Under the pieces are notes generated by a model. The model was given only the letters and a program-made list of their open reading frames with translations, searched no databases and was not told where the DNA came from. Positions 29,765 through 40,406 of a stretch of 64,000 nt of DNA are shown here, piece by piece. The first letter of the stretch is position 1, and every line of letters begins with the position of its first letter. The DNA lies in NCBI GenBank assembly GCA_963754925.1, contig CAVWHX010000001.1, positions 128,001 to 192,000 of the forward strand, read 5' to 3'. Source of the DNA: an uncultured delta proteobacterium. Lineage in GTDB: Bacteria; Myxococcota; B64-G9. Position numbers and translations under genes: made by a program.

Positions 29765-29842
29765 GCCGTGCTCGGCTTCTACCGCGCGCACGTCATTCCG
29801 CTCACCAAGCGGGGCGAGACCGCCTATCTGCTGCACCGACGG
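29765..29842 (+). repeat. Duplicate of the 3' end of the chorismate mutase gene (26348-26425)
   Basis: 75/78 identical, followed by in-frame TGA. Confidence 0.92.
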
Positions 29843-30053
29843 TGAGAGAGCGGAAAAATCCATTGACAGCCTGTGACTAGCGTGATGTCGTAACACGACA
29901 TAACTTTTATAAAAGTTCAGCAGATTCGATAGGGATTCTTCCATACCGGATTCGTTGAGTTCGGCTCTAGGTCATCAATAATGTTGTACAGGGAATGCAA
30001 ATGGCTCATTGTTTTCGGTTCACGGTAGTAATCCTCCTGAAAGCGAGGCCGAG

Positions 30054-31100
30054 GTGAAAACGCGGTTTGGGGTCATTCTATTAGTTTTATCGATCGCCTC
30101 TCAGGCATACGCACAATATAATGAAAGTCCATATTTGATAGTTACGCTCGCCGCTCCGTCACATCCATGGGTAAATTTAGCTGATTGCCAGAATGCGACG
30201 AATGGCATTAGCATTCCGCTAAGTATTAGCTGGGGTATGACAACGACACCGACCACGACAACAGCCGTACAGTTTTATCCTTGGCTAAATACAGATGGGG
30301 CCGATGTCTTCCTTTCAGCTGACAGTACCTGTGATGTTGTAACAATAGAGATCGGGACTGCGGCCACTGGTACTTATGGCGCAAGTGGTTATGCAGCGTC
30401 GGATATCGAAATTCTACCATACACGCAGGAACCCTCCGGCACGTATCCTGATGACACGGTGAACCCAACGACGCTAACACTTCAAGCGGTATTAACCAAC
30501 TCGACTACCCCTAGTTTTACGTCACTTGCCGGCGTCTCAACCACAAACCCATGCCCAGCGTCTATTGAAGCAAACTACTATTTCTGTATCCGGTGGCAAG
30601 ATCCCTCAACTACTTATGTTATTGGCAGCACCACGTACATGGAATATTTTGGTGGAGCGCCGATACGCTTCGACTTCAACCCGCCGGCCGCCCCGGTTTT
30701 AACCGATGTCACCCCCAGCGATGGCAATCTCAAAGTCTTCTGGACCGCGCCTTCCGATGATGATTTGGCCGGCTATGTTATCTACCACAGTGTATCCGGC
30801 ACGGATTCGTGGAGCGCAAATAATCTGACTGACCCCAATGCCACGAACTATCAGATTACCGGACTCGAAAATGACGTTGCTTATGTTATTAAGATATCAG
30901 CCGTAGATACGGCACAAAACGAAGGCGCTAGTTCGGCAATCATGACAGCCGTGCCAGTGAGTTCAGATGATGGGGATGATGGGGATGGTTGTTCTTCAAC
31001 GACGCCAGCGCCGGATCATCCATCTACCTCATTGATTCTCCTCGGTATCCTATTGGGCGGCGCATACATCGGTCTATCTTGCCGGCGAAGTAGAAATTAA
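30054..31100 (+). CDS. Secreted fibronectin type III protein with MYXO-CTERM-like C-terminal anchor
   Basis: Signal peptide ..SQAYA; PPAAPV..LKVFWTAP..DLAGYVIY..ITGLEND..Y.IKISAVD; DGC-linker-TM-RRSRN tail. Confidence 0.8.
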   Translation: MKTRFGVILLVLSIASQAYAQYNESPYLIVTLAAPSHPWVNLADCQNATNGISIPLSISWGMTTTPTTTTAVQFYPWLNTDGADVFLSADSTCDVVTIEIGTAATGTYGASGYAASDIEILPYTQEPSGTYPDDTVNPTTLTLQAVLTNSTTPSFTSLAGVSTTNPCPASIEANYYFCIRWQDPSTTYVIGSTTYMEYFGGAPIRFDFNPPAAPVLTDVTPSDGNLKVFWTAPSDDDLAGYVIYHSVSGTDSWSANNLTDPNATNYQITGLENDVAYVIKISAVDTAQNEGASSAIMTAVPVSSDDGDDGDGCSSTTPAPDHPSTSLILLGILLGGAYIGLSCRRSRN

Positions 31101-31218
31101 CCATCAAGAGATTTCCATACACTCTTCCCAAAGCCTTGACAACAAGTCAAGGCGAGAGCGGTGCTCTCCAACTTTTATGAACGTCGCAGCACTATGAACT
31201 GAGAGCGGAGAGGAGACC

Positions 31219-31746
31219 ATGAAAGACACAAAGGACCTATTAGAGGGACTGAGACGCTCACCCAGCATATTGTCAGAGTTCATAAACTCCATTCCCGAAG
31301 ACAGAATGAACGTACGACGGGGTAAAGGTTTTTGGACCGTCGCCGAACACATCATTCATCTGGCGGAGATCCAGCCGATGTTGTTGGAGCGCATTCAGCA
31401 ATTTATACATGAGGATCATCCGAACTTTGTTCCATACAACCCCGGGGTCATTCCATACAACCCTGGGGTCAATGACAAGGACCAGCGCAAGGGCATTCCT
31501 GACGCCTCGTCTCGTACGGATGTGACGACGGCTCTTGAGCGCTTCGCGCGCTACCGAAAGAAACAACTGGCGCTGCTCAAAGATTTGGATGGAGCCACTT
31601 GGCGAAAGACGGGAACCCACCCCGAATATGAGCTCTATTCCCTTTACCTTCTGGTACGGCACATGCTGATGCATGATTTCTGGCATATGTACCGGATGGA
31701 GGAGCTTTGGCTGGCCAAAAATGTATCTCTGCCGACGATGGAATAG
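31219..31746 (+). CDS. DinB family protein
   Basis: WTVAEHIIHL, HPEY, HMLMHDFWH; GAGGAG RBS. Confidence 0.88.
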   Translation: MKDTKDLLEGLRRSPSILSEFINSIPEDRMNVRRGKGFWTVAEHIIHLAEIQPMLLERIQQFIHEDHPNFVPYNPGVIPYNPGVNDKDQRKGIPDASSRTDVTTALERFARYRKKQLALLKDLDGATWRKTGTHPEYELYSLYLLVRHMLMHDFWHMYRMEELWLAKNVSLPTME

Positions 31747-32063
31747 GTGCGCTATAAATCTGATTACGAAAGTTCGCTGCTGCGGGACCGCTGTCGTCGT
31801 GGAGCCGGAAAGACGCTAAGACCGCGGCCGACCTAACGGGCTGCAATTTTTTACTTACTTATTGTTTTAGAACGTTTTTTTGTAAAATAAACACTAGACA
31901 AAAACTACTAATTGTAATTATGATACCTTAAAATAGTTTCTCTCCTTGCACGTGTAGTGACCAGATTATAAGAGTATGAGCGCTAGCGAGATAGCTCAAA
32001 GTGCATTCAAATTTCCTATATTCAGATTCAATATTCTTCAAACCAAAACAAGGAGGTTTAGGA

Positions 32064-33841
32064 ATGAGAAAATCACAGCTAAATTTCACACTCTGCTGCA
32101 CGATGTTTCTGCTGATAAGTAGGACCCTGTTTGCAATACAGCCCTACCAAAACGCCAATTTCAAAGTAATCGATCAGGGTAATTCCTCCAGCGGTGTTGC
32201 GGCTTTTTATATGTTATTCAACTACTTTCAGGATCAACGGGTATATCAAAACCGGGATTGCACTTCGTCAGTGGCGTTGGATCAGGTTTAACAACTAAGA
32301 TCACCGATGGCTCACAGATATGGACCTACATTAATAACGGCGCAAGCACGGTGAGTTTTGATCAGTTGCTCGCTGCCGCGTACAACTTGAGCGATACTAC
32401 TAATGTTTGTGCCACCTGGAAACAGCATTATCTTACCAAACTGAGTGATAGCGCTTCTTTAGATATGTCTGCCGCGAGTAACGCTAAAAGACAAAATATA
32501 CTAATAAATGAATTATTGCCGGTGCTGACGATGAATCGTCCTGTCATAATCCACATGACGACTTCGAATATTTTCGGGACGGCTTTCTATATAGTCTTGC
32601 TGGGGTATGATGGGACAAATGTATATTACGCCTCCTCACGTGATGGCGTCTTCAAGAGCTCGACGACCTTAAGCAACTTCACCAGCACCTACTTCTACCA
32701 ACCAGGTACATCATCCGAGGCAAGTTGGGATGGAGAATACCTCTATTTCTATAATCCCAATCGCACCACGGAATACAACGGCACGACTCTACCCGGCTAC
32801 TACGGACGCATCCCCGATCCGAACAACTCGCCCAACTGTACAATCTCCCCAGTTGGTCCTCTGCTAACTTTCGCCCTCGATGGCTACACAAGATTTTATG
32901 CCCTTCACGTGCCGGCAAGCTACGGGACCAATAAAGGCCAAACGGCGCTGCCCCTCGTCGTCGATTTCCACGGATTTGGTCAAAATTCTAGTGTGCAAAG
33001 CTGTATATCAGGCTTGAAAGCCCTGTCTGAAACTCAAAACTTTATCGTTGCCTATCCGGAAGCGAACTTGCTCTTTGGTACTACTTGGAATATGGATTGC
33101 GGAAACTCCGGCAGTATGACCGGTCCAAATTGCGTCAGTAATAACAGCCCAGATGACGTGAAGTTTGCCGTGAAAGTGGTAGATGATGTGAAAAGGCAGC
33201 TCAATATTGATCCCAGCCGCGTATATCTCACCGGTATCTCGATGGGAGCATCAATGGCTCTGAAATGCGCGGTTCAAAGGAGAGACGTATTCGCGGCCGT
33301 GGGAGCAGTGTCATCGTACTTGGAGGCACCCATAGTCAACCAAAGTTATTCAGGTAGTTATACCGTTGACACCTGTGCTCATAATCCCAAAATATGCAGA
33401 TATATACCCGTATTGCAAATGAATAGCTACGATGACGACGTCGTACCATACGGAGGCAACCCAACAATAGAACAGACTGTCGCCGCGTGGAGAAATTCCA
33501 ACAACTGCAACGGCTATAATGGCGTGTACTTGAATCCCTCTGTGCCGAATCCTTGCGTTGTTTGCAAGGACGGTATTAATGTTTGTAGTGATACTTCACC
33601 GGAACGGGAAGTAAGTGAAACCGCAAGCGGCTGCAGCGCCCTGGTCAAGAGATACGCCCTGCACTCCTCTCCTGATACATCCGGTGGTTGCGGTTTTCCT
33701 AATTACGACAGACACAACGTCTATGATTTCAACTGGCATGGCACGGTTCACGCGTCTAAGGAAGCGTATATCTCCGGCGAGGAATGGAACTTCTTCACAC
33801 AATCTTCCTGTCCATCCTGCAATGGAACAGGATTGCAGTGA
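32064..33841 (+). CDS. Secreted protein: C39-peptidase-like N-terminal domain plus PHB depolymerase/LpqC-family esterase; frameshift at about 32280
   Basis: AAGGAGG RBS and signal peptide; RPVIIH..YIVLLGYDG; PLVVDFHGFG, FIVAYPE, DDVKF, IDPSRVYLTGISMGA; adding one G at TTGGATC joins the ORFs. Confidence 0.75.
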
Positions 33842-34058
33842 CCGGCGCCCCCACCATCTAAGCTGAGTTCATAATTTTTCCCTTCCGTATTGACAGCAAT
33901 GTTTTTCGCCTTAGCTTAAAGAAGCGTATTCTCCGATCTTTCATACCTTAATGGCGCCCATCAAATAATTTTAGGGGGCGCCGACGACTGATTTCTCCAC
34001 GCAGAAGAGATCCGGTGAAGATCGGCGAAACATGGAGATGAATGAAAGGAGCAGTAGC

Positions 34059-35091
34059 ATGTCGTTACCTGTTCAATTTCTTAGTCGAAGCGGTTTGCAA
34101 ATCACGAGGGTCGGGCTTGGCGCGTGGGCTATCGGCGGCGGCGGTTGGTCATACGGTTGGGGCCCGCAAGATGATGCCGATTCCTTGGCCACCATGCGGC
34201 GCGCGATCGAGCTCGGGATTAATTGGATCGACACGGCGGCGGTATATGGGCTCGGTCACTCCGAAGAGATCGTCGGAACGTTTCTGCGCGGACTGCCCGA
34301 AGGCGAGCGCCCATTCATTTTTACCAAGTGCGGATTGGCATGGGACCAAGAACATCCCATGGCTCCTCCCGAACGAGTGCTCAAACCCGATTCAATTCGG
34401 CGCGAGTGTGAAGCGTCGTTGCGGCGGCTCGGCGTCGAGCGTATCGATCTCTATCAGTTCCACTGGCCGGACGACACCGGAACGCCAATCGAGGATTCAT
34501 GGGCCGAGATGTTGCGGCTGGTCGAGGAAGGAAAGGTTCGCGCGGCCGGCGTATCCAATTTCGATGTGACCCTGCTCGAGCGATGCAACGCGATACGATA
34601 CGTGGATTCTCTGCAGCCGCCATTTTCGTTGATCAATCGCGCCGCCGCGGAAAAAGAAATCCCCTGGAGCGCCGAGCACGAGACCGGCGTCATATGCTAC
34701 AGTCCGATGCAGTCCGGTCTTTTGACCGAACGCTTTCACGCCGAACGCGTGTCAAAGCTCGCCGACGACGATTGGCGCCGCATGTCCATTCAGTTTCAGG
34801 AACCGAACCTCTCTCGGAACCTGACGTTGCGCGACGCGCTGCGGCCGATTGCCAAACGTCACGACACCTCCGTCAGAAACCATCGCTATTGCCTGGGTCC
34901 TCGCCTGGCCGGGGGTGACCGGAGCGATTGTCGGCGCCCGCAAACCAGAGCAGGTAGACGGTTGGATCAGAGCCGCATCGATCAAACTTACACGGCAAGA
35001 CCTGGACGAGATTGCATCTACGATTCGTCGCACCAAAGCAGGTAGGGGACCGACCGAGCCGCAGTTGACAGAAAAGCAGGCGATGCCATGA
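34059..35091 (+). CDS. Aldo/keto reductase, frameshifted at about 34875
   Basis: GLGAWAIGG, WIDTAAVYGLGHSEE, IDLYQFHWPD, GVSNF, YSPMQSG; C-terminus IAIAWVL..AIVGARKPEQ in another frame. Confidence 0.9.
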
Positions 35092-35963
35092 ACGTCGGAT
35101 TTATTGGTCTTGGCAACATGGGAACAGGTATGGCGGCAAATTTGATTAAGTCCGGCCATGAAGTCACCGTCTACAATCGAACGCCGGATAAAATACAGCC
35201 ACTGGTCTCACTGGGCGGGCGCGCGGCCGATCAGGTGGCGGAAGCCTGTCGGGGTGACGTGGTGATCACGATGTTGGCGGACGACAGCGCCGTTGAAAGC
35301 ATCGTATTCAGCGACAGCGGAATAATCGCTAGTTTGAGAACAGGCGCCATCCATGTTTCAATGAGCACGATAAGTGTGGCCTTATCCGAGAAGCTCGTTG
35401 CAGCGCACGCGAGGTCAAAACAACGTTTCGTGGCCGCGCCGGTCTTCGGAAGGCCGGATGTAGCTGCCGCCGCCAAGCTAACCATAATCGCCGCCGGACC
35501 GCAGGACGCTCTCGACGAGTGCCGGCCGCTATTCGATGCGCTGGGGCATAAGACTTTTTTCTTGGGTGGCGACCCAACGTCCGCAAACTTGGTCAAGCTC
35601 AGCGGTAATTTCCTGATTGCTTCAATAATCGAGGCTTTGAGCGAATCAATGACACTGGTTGGCAAAGGAGGGGTCGAGCCACACCAGTTTGTCGAGTTTT
35701 TGACCTCAACGCTTTTCAATGCGCCGGTTTTTAAAAACTACGGCTCCCTTATCGCCGATAAAAAGTTTTCACCCGCAGGCTTTTCAGCGCAGTTGGGGAA
35801 TAAGGACATTCGGTTGACCCTCGCGGCGTCGGAATCTCTTCGTGTGCCGATGCCTTTGGCGAGCTTGCTGCGCGATCGATTCTTAACCTTGCTTGCTCAG
35901 GGCGGCGGCGCGCTCGATTGGTCGGCTATCGCGCAGCTTGCCGCCAAGGATGCGGGTCAATAA
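35088..35963 (+). CDS. NAD(P)-dependent beta-hydroxyacid dehydrogenase family protein
   Basis: GFIGLGNMG, VYNRT, APVFG, KLSGN, KDIRL. Confidence 0.92.
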   Translation: MNVGFIGLGNMGTGMAANLIKSGHEVTVYNRTPDKIQPLVSLGGRAADQVAEACRGDVVITMLADDSAVESIVFSDSGIIASLRTGAIHVSMSTISVALSEKLVAAHARSKQRFVAAPVFGRPDVAAAAKLTIIAAGPQDALDECRPLFDALGHKTFFLGGDPTSANLVKLSGNFLIASIIEALSESMTLVGKGGVEPHQFVEFLTSTLFNAPVFKNYGSLIADKKFSPAGFSAQLGNKDIRLTLAASESLRVPMPLASLLRDRFLTLLAQGGGALDWSAIAQLAAKDAGQ

Positions 35964-35983
35964 GTGTACGGGAGGGAAACCCA

Positions 35984-37828
35984 ATGGTTGACAAGAAATT
36001 GAACGAGAAACTTCAAAAATTAGCTCGGTTGATTCGTTACTATATTCTCGTCATGACCACGGAGGCTGGTTCGGGCCATCCAACCTCTTCGCTTTCGGCT
36101 ACGGAGTTGATGACGGCTCTTTTCTTTGGTGGTGTTCTGAGGTTCGACGCAAACAACCCGAAATTTCCAAACAACGATCGGATAATATTTTCAAAGGGGC
36201 ATGCGTCCCCGCTCTTCTATAGCTTGTGGGCGGCCGCCGGGAAGTTGACGGAAAAAGAACTAATGACCTTCCGCCAGTTCGGAAGCGACTTGGAGGGCCA
36301 TCCGACCGTCGCCTTCCCCTATGTCGAAGCCTCGACCGGGTCTCTGGGTCAGGGCCTTTCCATCGGCGTGGGAATGGCTCTCAACGCCAAATATCTCGAT
36401 ACGTTGCCGTACCGAACGTATGTGCTGTTGGGGGATAGCGAAATGGCCGAAGGTTCCCCGTGGGAGGCCATGCAAGTCGCGGCTCACTACAAATTAAATA
36501 ATCTTGTAGGCATCCTCGACGTAAATCGTTTGGGACAGCGTGGCGAAACCATGTACGGATGGGACATCGAGGCTTACCAGAAAAGAATTTCTTCTTTCGG
36601 ATGGAACGTTAAACTTTTGGATGGTCATTCCATTTCTGAAATACTCGCCGCCTACCAAGAAGCCCTGAGCGTCGACGATCAACCGGTGATGTTGATCGCG
36701 AAGACGATTAAGGGAAAAGGAGTTTCGTTCATCGAGAATAAAAACGGCTGGCATGGAAAGACCCTCAGCAAGGAAGAGTGCGGGCGGGCGTTGAAGGAAT
36801 TGGGGGATGTTGATACCTCCCTTCGGGGACAAATAGCTTCTCCCGAGAACTTGAAGCCAAAGAAACAATCTGTCAAAGAGTCGGGTGCCAAAATGGATTA
36901 CCCGGCAAACAAGCCGGTCGCGACGAGAAAGGCCTATGGTAACGCGCTGGCAAGAATCTATCCGCGATTTCCCGATATCGTAAGTTTGGATGGCGAGGTG
37001 AGCAATTCAACCTATGCTGAATTATTCAAGAAGGCTTATCCCGAGCGGTTCTTTGAGATGTACATCGCCGAACAGAACATGGTGGGTGCGGGCTTAGGAC
37101 TGTCTTGCCGGGGCAAAATTCCGTTCGTATCCACCTTCGCAGCGTTTCTTTCCCGGGCTTTCGATCAAATCAGAATGAGCCAATACTCAGACGCGAACAT
37201 CAAATTCGTTGGATCCCACGCCGGGGTGTCGATCGGAGAAGACGGATCTTCCCAGATGGGTTTGGAAGATATCGCCATGTTCCGAGCGCTTTCACAAAGC
37301 GTGGTTCTCTACCCGGCGGATGCGATATCGGCCGAAAAGTTGGTTGAACAGGCCGCGGCTCATCGCGGCATCGTGTATATTCGTACCACCCGAAAAGAGA
37401 CGCCTTTGCTCTACAATCCGGAAGAACAATTCACGGTCGGCGGAAGTAAGGTTCTAAAAAAGAGCGACCAAGACAGGGCCTCGATCGTGGCGGCGGGTAT
37501 CACCCTGTTTGAAGCCTTGGAGGCTTATGAGCTTTTGAAAAAAGAGGGAGTCTGCGTCCGCGTAATCGATCTCTACAGCATAAAACCTCTTGACGAGGCG
37601 GCGTTACGCGACGCTGCGCAGGCCACTAAGTTGATCGTTACTGTGGAAGATCATTATCCAGAAGGAGGGATCGGAGAGGCCGTGAAAAGCGCCTTGGCTG
37701 CTTATGGAGTTCCCGTTCATTCTTTATCGGTCACCAGGAAGCCGAAAAGCGGTAAGCCGCAGGAACTGCTCGACTATGAACAAATTTCTCGGAACGCGAT
37801 TATCAAAAGAATTAGGGAACTTCTCTAA
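35984..37828 (+). CDS. tkt: Transketolase (single chain, animal/actinobacterial-like type)
   Basis: GSGHPTS, SKGHASP, TGSLGQG, GDSEMAEG, IAEQNMV, SHAGVSIGEDG. Confidence 0.95.
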   Translation: MVDKKLNEKLQKLARLIRYYILVMTTEAGSGHPTSSLSATELMTALFFGGVLRFDANNPKFPNNDRIIFSKGHASPLFYSLWAAAGKLTEKELMTFRQFGSDLEGHPTVAFPYVEASTGSLGQGLSIGVGMALNAKYLDTLPYRTYVLLGDSEMAEGSPWEAMQVAAHYKLNNLVGILDVNRLGQRGETMYGWDIEAYQKRISSFGWNVKLLDGHSISEILAAYQEALSVDDQPVMLIAKTIKGKGVSFIENKNGWHGKTLSKEECGRALKELGDVDTSLRGQIASPENLKPKKQSVKESGAKMDYPANKPVATRKAYGNALARIYPRFPDIVSLDGEVSNSTYAELFKKAYPERFFEMYIAEQNMVGAGLGLSCRGKIPFVSTFAAFLSRAFDQIRMSQYSDANIKFVGSHAGVSIGEDGSSQMGLEDIAMFRALSQSVVLYPADAISAEKLVEQAAAHRGIVYIRTTRKETPLLYNPEEQFTVGGSKVLKKSDQDRASIVAAGITLFEALEAYELLKKEGVCVRVIDLYSIKPLDEAALRDAAQATKLIVTVEDHYPEGGIGEAVKSALAAYGVPVHSLSVTRKPKSGKPQELLDYEQISRNAIIKRIRELL

Positions 37829-37888
37829 CCCTCAAAGTAATCGTCAGAAACCGGGTTGAATTCATAACTAATATCGAAGGAGTCGGTC

Positions 37889-38797
37889 ATGAGGATAGGA
37901 TTTGTCGGACTGGGAAAGATGGGCGGGCACATGACGGAGCGTCTGATCGAAGGGGGTCACGCGGTTACCGTCTACGATCGCGACCATGAAGCCGTAAACG
38001 CCGCGGTGAAAAAGGGGGCTGTCGCTGCTCCTTCTTTGCAGGCGCTGGCTGCGGACCTCACCCCGCCGCGTACCGTGTGGGTCATGGTTCCTGCGGGCTC
38101 GATAACCGCGGAGGTGATCGTCAGTCTCTCGGCGCACCTGGAAGCGGGCGACATCGTCATAGACGGCGGCAACTCCAATTACCATGACAGCATGCGGCAG
38201 GCCGCGGAGCTACGCAAGAAAGGGATTCACCTGCTCGACGCAGGCACGAGCGGCGGCATCTGGGGCCTGAAGGAAGGGTACTGCATCATGGTAGGCGGTG
38301 AAGCATCAGCTTTCAAGAAGGCCGAGCCCCTCTTCAAGACACTGGCTCCGGAGCACGGATACGCGCATGTCGGTCCAAATGGCGCGGGACATTTCGTCAA
38401 AATGGTGCATAACGGCATAGAATACGCGCTGCTTGAGGCCTATGGCGAGGGCTTCGAATTACTCTCGTCCAAGAAAGAGTTCAAGCTCGACCTGCTGCAG
38501 ATTGCGCGGCTCTGGAACCGCGGTAGCGTCGTCAGATCGTGGCTGCTCGATCTCTGCGTGCTGGCCTTTGAAAAAGACCCGTCCCTCGATAACGTTCGGG
38601 GATATGTCGATGACACCGGGGAGGGGAGATGGACGGTTCAGGAGGCGATCGATCAGAGCATACCGGCGCCCGCCATTACCCTGGCCCTGCTTCGCCGCTT
38701 TGCTTCCCGACAGGAGGAGTCTTTCAGCGCGAAAGTGATTGCGGCGCTCCGGAACGAATTCGGCGGGCATGCGATAAAAAGCGCGGCGAAAAAATAG
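37889..38797 (+). CDS. gnd: 6-phosphogluconate dehydrogenase, decarboxylating (short type)
   Basis: GLGKMG, IDGGNS, DAGTSGG, GHFVKMVHNGIEY, ALRNEFGGH. Confidence 0.96.
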   Translation: MRIGFVGLGKMGGHMTERLIEGGHAVTVYDRDHEAVNAAVKKGAVAAPSLQALAADLTPPRTVWVMVPAGSITAEVIVSLSAHLEAGDIVIDGGNSNYHDSMRQAAELRKKGIHLLDAGTSGGIWGLKEGYCIMVGGEASAFKKAEPLFKTLAPEHGYAHVGPNGAGHFVKMVHNGIEYALLEAYGEGFELLSSKKEFKLDLLQIARLWNRGSVVRSWLLDLCVLAFEKDPSLDNVRGYVDDTGEGRWTVQEAIDQSIPAPAITLALLRRFASRQEESFSAKVIAALRNEFGGHAIKSAAKK

Positions 38798-38829
38798 AAA
38801 CCGGACGCCGGGAAGCACCGAGGTGCAGC

Positions 38830-40380
38830 ATGGCTACCCAAACAGCTGAAGCGCCAGTAGACAGTAAATATCTACAGGAGTGCGATTTCCAATTCGAAGA
38901 TAAAGAAACCGGTCCATTCACCATCGTAATTTTCGGCGGGACCGGCGATCTCAGCAAAAGAAAGCTACTCCCTACGTTATACCACCTCTACGCGCACCAG
39001 GAAAAAGTGCGCGAGTTTTCTGTACTCGGCGTCGGCAGGCTCAATTTAAACGACGATTCATATCGAAAATTGGTCCGCGAAGCCCTTGGCGCCTTCTTGG
39101 AGGAGCCCATTGACGAGGACACCTGGGCCAGATTCGCACGGAATGTCTATTATGTAACCATGGATGTCAAGGAGGAGGACAAATACGAGGAGTTGATCAA
39201 AAAAATCAATGCGGTGACGACAACCGGCATTGGCGGTAAGAAAAACGTCATTTATTACATGTCCGTTCAGCCCGCGCTGACGCCGATTATCGTAACCAAG
39301 CTCACGAGCCATCGGGCGCCTGAAACGTTCAACACCAAGGTGCTGGTGGAAAAACCTTTCGGAGATGATCTTGCATCCGCCCGTGAACTGAATTCAATCC
39401 TTCATCGCCGTTTCAATGAAGACAAGATATACCGCATCGATCACTATCTGGCCAAGGATACGGTGCAGAACCTCATATTTTTCCGTTTTTCCAATGCCAT
39501 CATCGAACCCCTTTGGAACCGGCGCTACATCGACAACATCCAGATAACCGTGGCCGAAAACATCGGCGTGGAGCATCGGGGTTCCTTTTACGAGGAGGTG
39601 GGTGTCGTTCGCGATATCGTTCAGAACCATATGATGCAGATCATCGCCATGGTGGCCATGGAACCGCCGGTGGGGTTCAAGGCCGATTACGTACGCGACG
39701 AAAAAGTTAAAATCTTTCGTTCTCTCCGCCAGATGGACGACTCATATATCGACAAATTCACCGTGCAGGGCCAGTACGGTGAGGGTGTCATCGACGGGAA
39801 GAACGTCCCCGCTTACCGTGACGAAGAGAACGTTTCCCCCGGTTCAGTCACTCCCACGTTTATTACCGCAAAATTCTATATTGATAATTGGCGCTGGGCA
39901 AACGTTCCCTTTTACATCAGGACCGGTAAACGATTGGCGCAGCGAGTCACCAAAATCGTCGTACAGTATAAACAACCGCCCTTAAGACTCTTGGGTCGGA
40001 CGTGCGATACCCTGTTGCCGGACCTTCTCACCATATCGATCCAACCGGAAGAGGAGATATCGCTTAAGATGGGAGTAAAATATCCTCACGAAAACAATAT
40101 GATATATCGCGCTGTAATGAAGTTCAACTACCAGGAAACGTTCAAAATGCGCCCGCACCCTGCTTACGAGCGCCTCCTCCTCGATTGCATGCAGGGAGAC
40201 CAAACTCTTTTTGCGCGGCAGGATGAAATAGAAGCTATGTGGGAAATAGTGGACCCCGTCATCCGGCGCTGGAAGGAGCACCCGCGGGAAGATCTTCCCA
40301 ACTATAAGGCTGGAACATGGGGCCCGGGGGACGCGGACGCCATGCTTGATAGGGACGGCCACCGCTGGCACATTTTATAA
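38830..40380 (+). CDS. zwf: Glucose-6-phosphate 1-dehydrogenase
   Basis: IFGGTGDL, EKPFG, YRIDHYLAK, RDIVQNH, PFYIRTGKR, AYERLL. Confidence 0.97.
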   Translation: MATQTAEAPVDSKYLQECDFQFEDKETGPFTIVIFGGTGDLSKRKLLPTLYHLYAHQEKVREFSVLGVGRLNLNDDSYRKLVREALGAFLEEPIDEDTWARFARNVYYVTMDVKEEDKYEELIKKINAVTTTGIGGKKNVIYYMSVQPALTPIIVTKLTSHRAPETFNTKVLVEKPFGDDLASARELNSILHRRFNEDKIYRIDHYLAKDTVQNLIFFRFSNAIIEPLWNRRYIDNIQITVAENIGVEHRGSFYEEVGVVRDIVQNHMMQIIAMVAMEPPVGFKADYVRDEKVKIFRSLRQMDDSYIDKFTVQGQYGEGVIDGKNVPAYRDEENVSPGSVTPTFITAKFYIDNWRWANVPFYIRTGKRLAQRVTKIVVQYKQPPLRLLGRTCDTLLPDLLTISIQPEEEISLKMGVKYPHENNMIYRAVMKFNYQETFKMRPHPAYERLLLDCMQGDQTLFARQDEIEAMWEIVDPVIRRWKEHPREDLPNYKAGTWGPGDADAMLDRDGHRWHIL

Positions 40381-40406
40381 GATTATTGAAGGAACTGCGT
40401 AGTGAC

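Noticed and set aside
33843..33983. CGGCGCCCCC/GGGGGCGCCG inverted repeat as MITE or riboswitch
   Set aside because: Single occurrence, 10-bp arms, no target duplication or recognisable aptamer.
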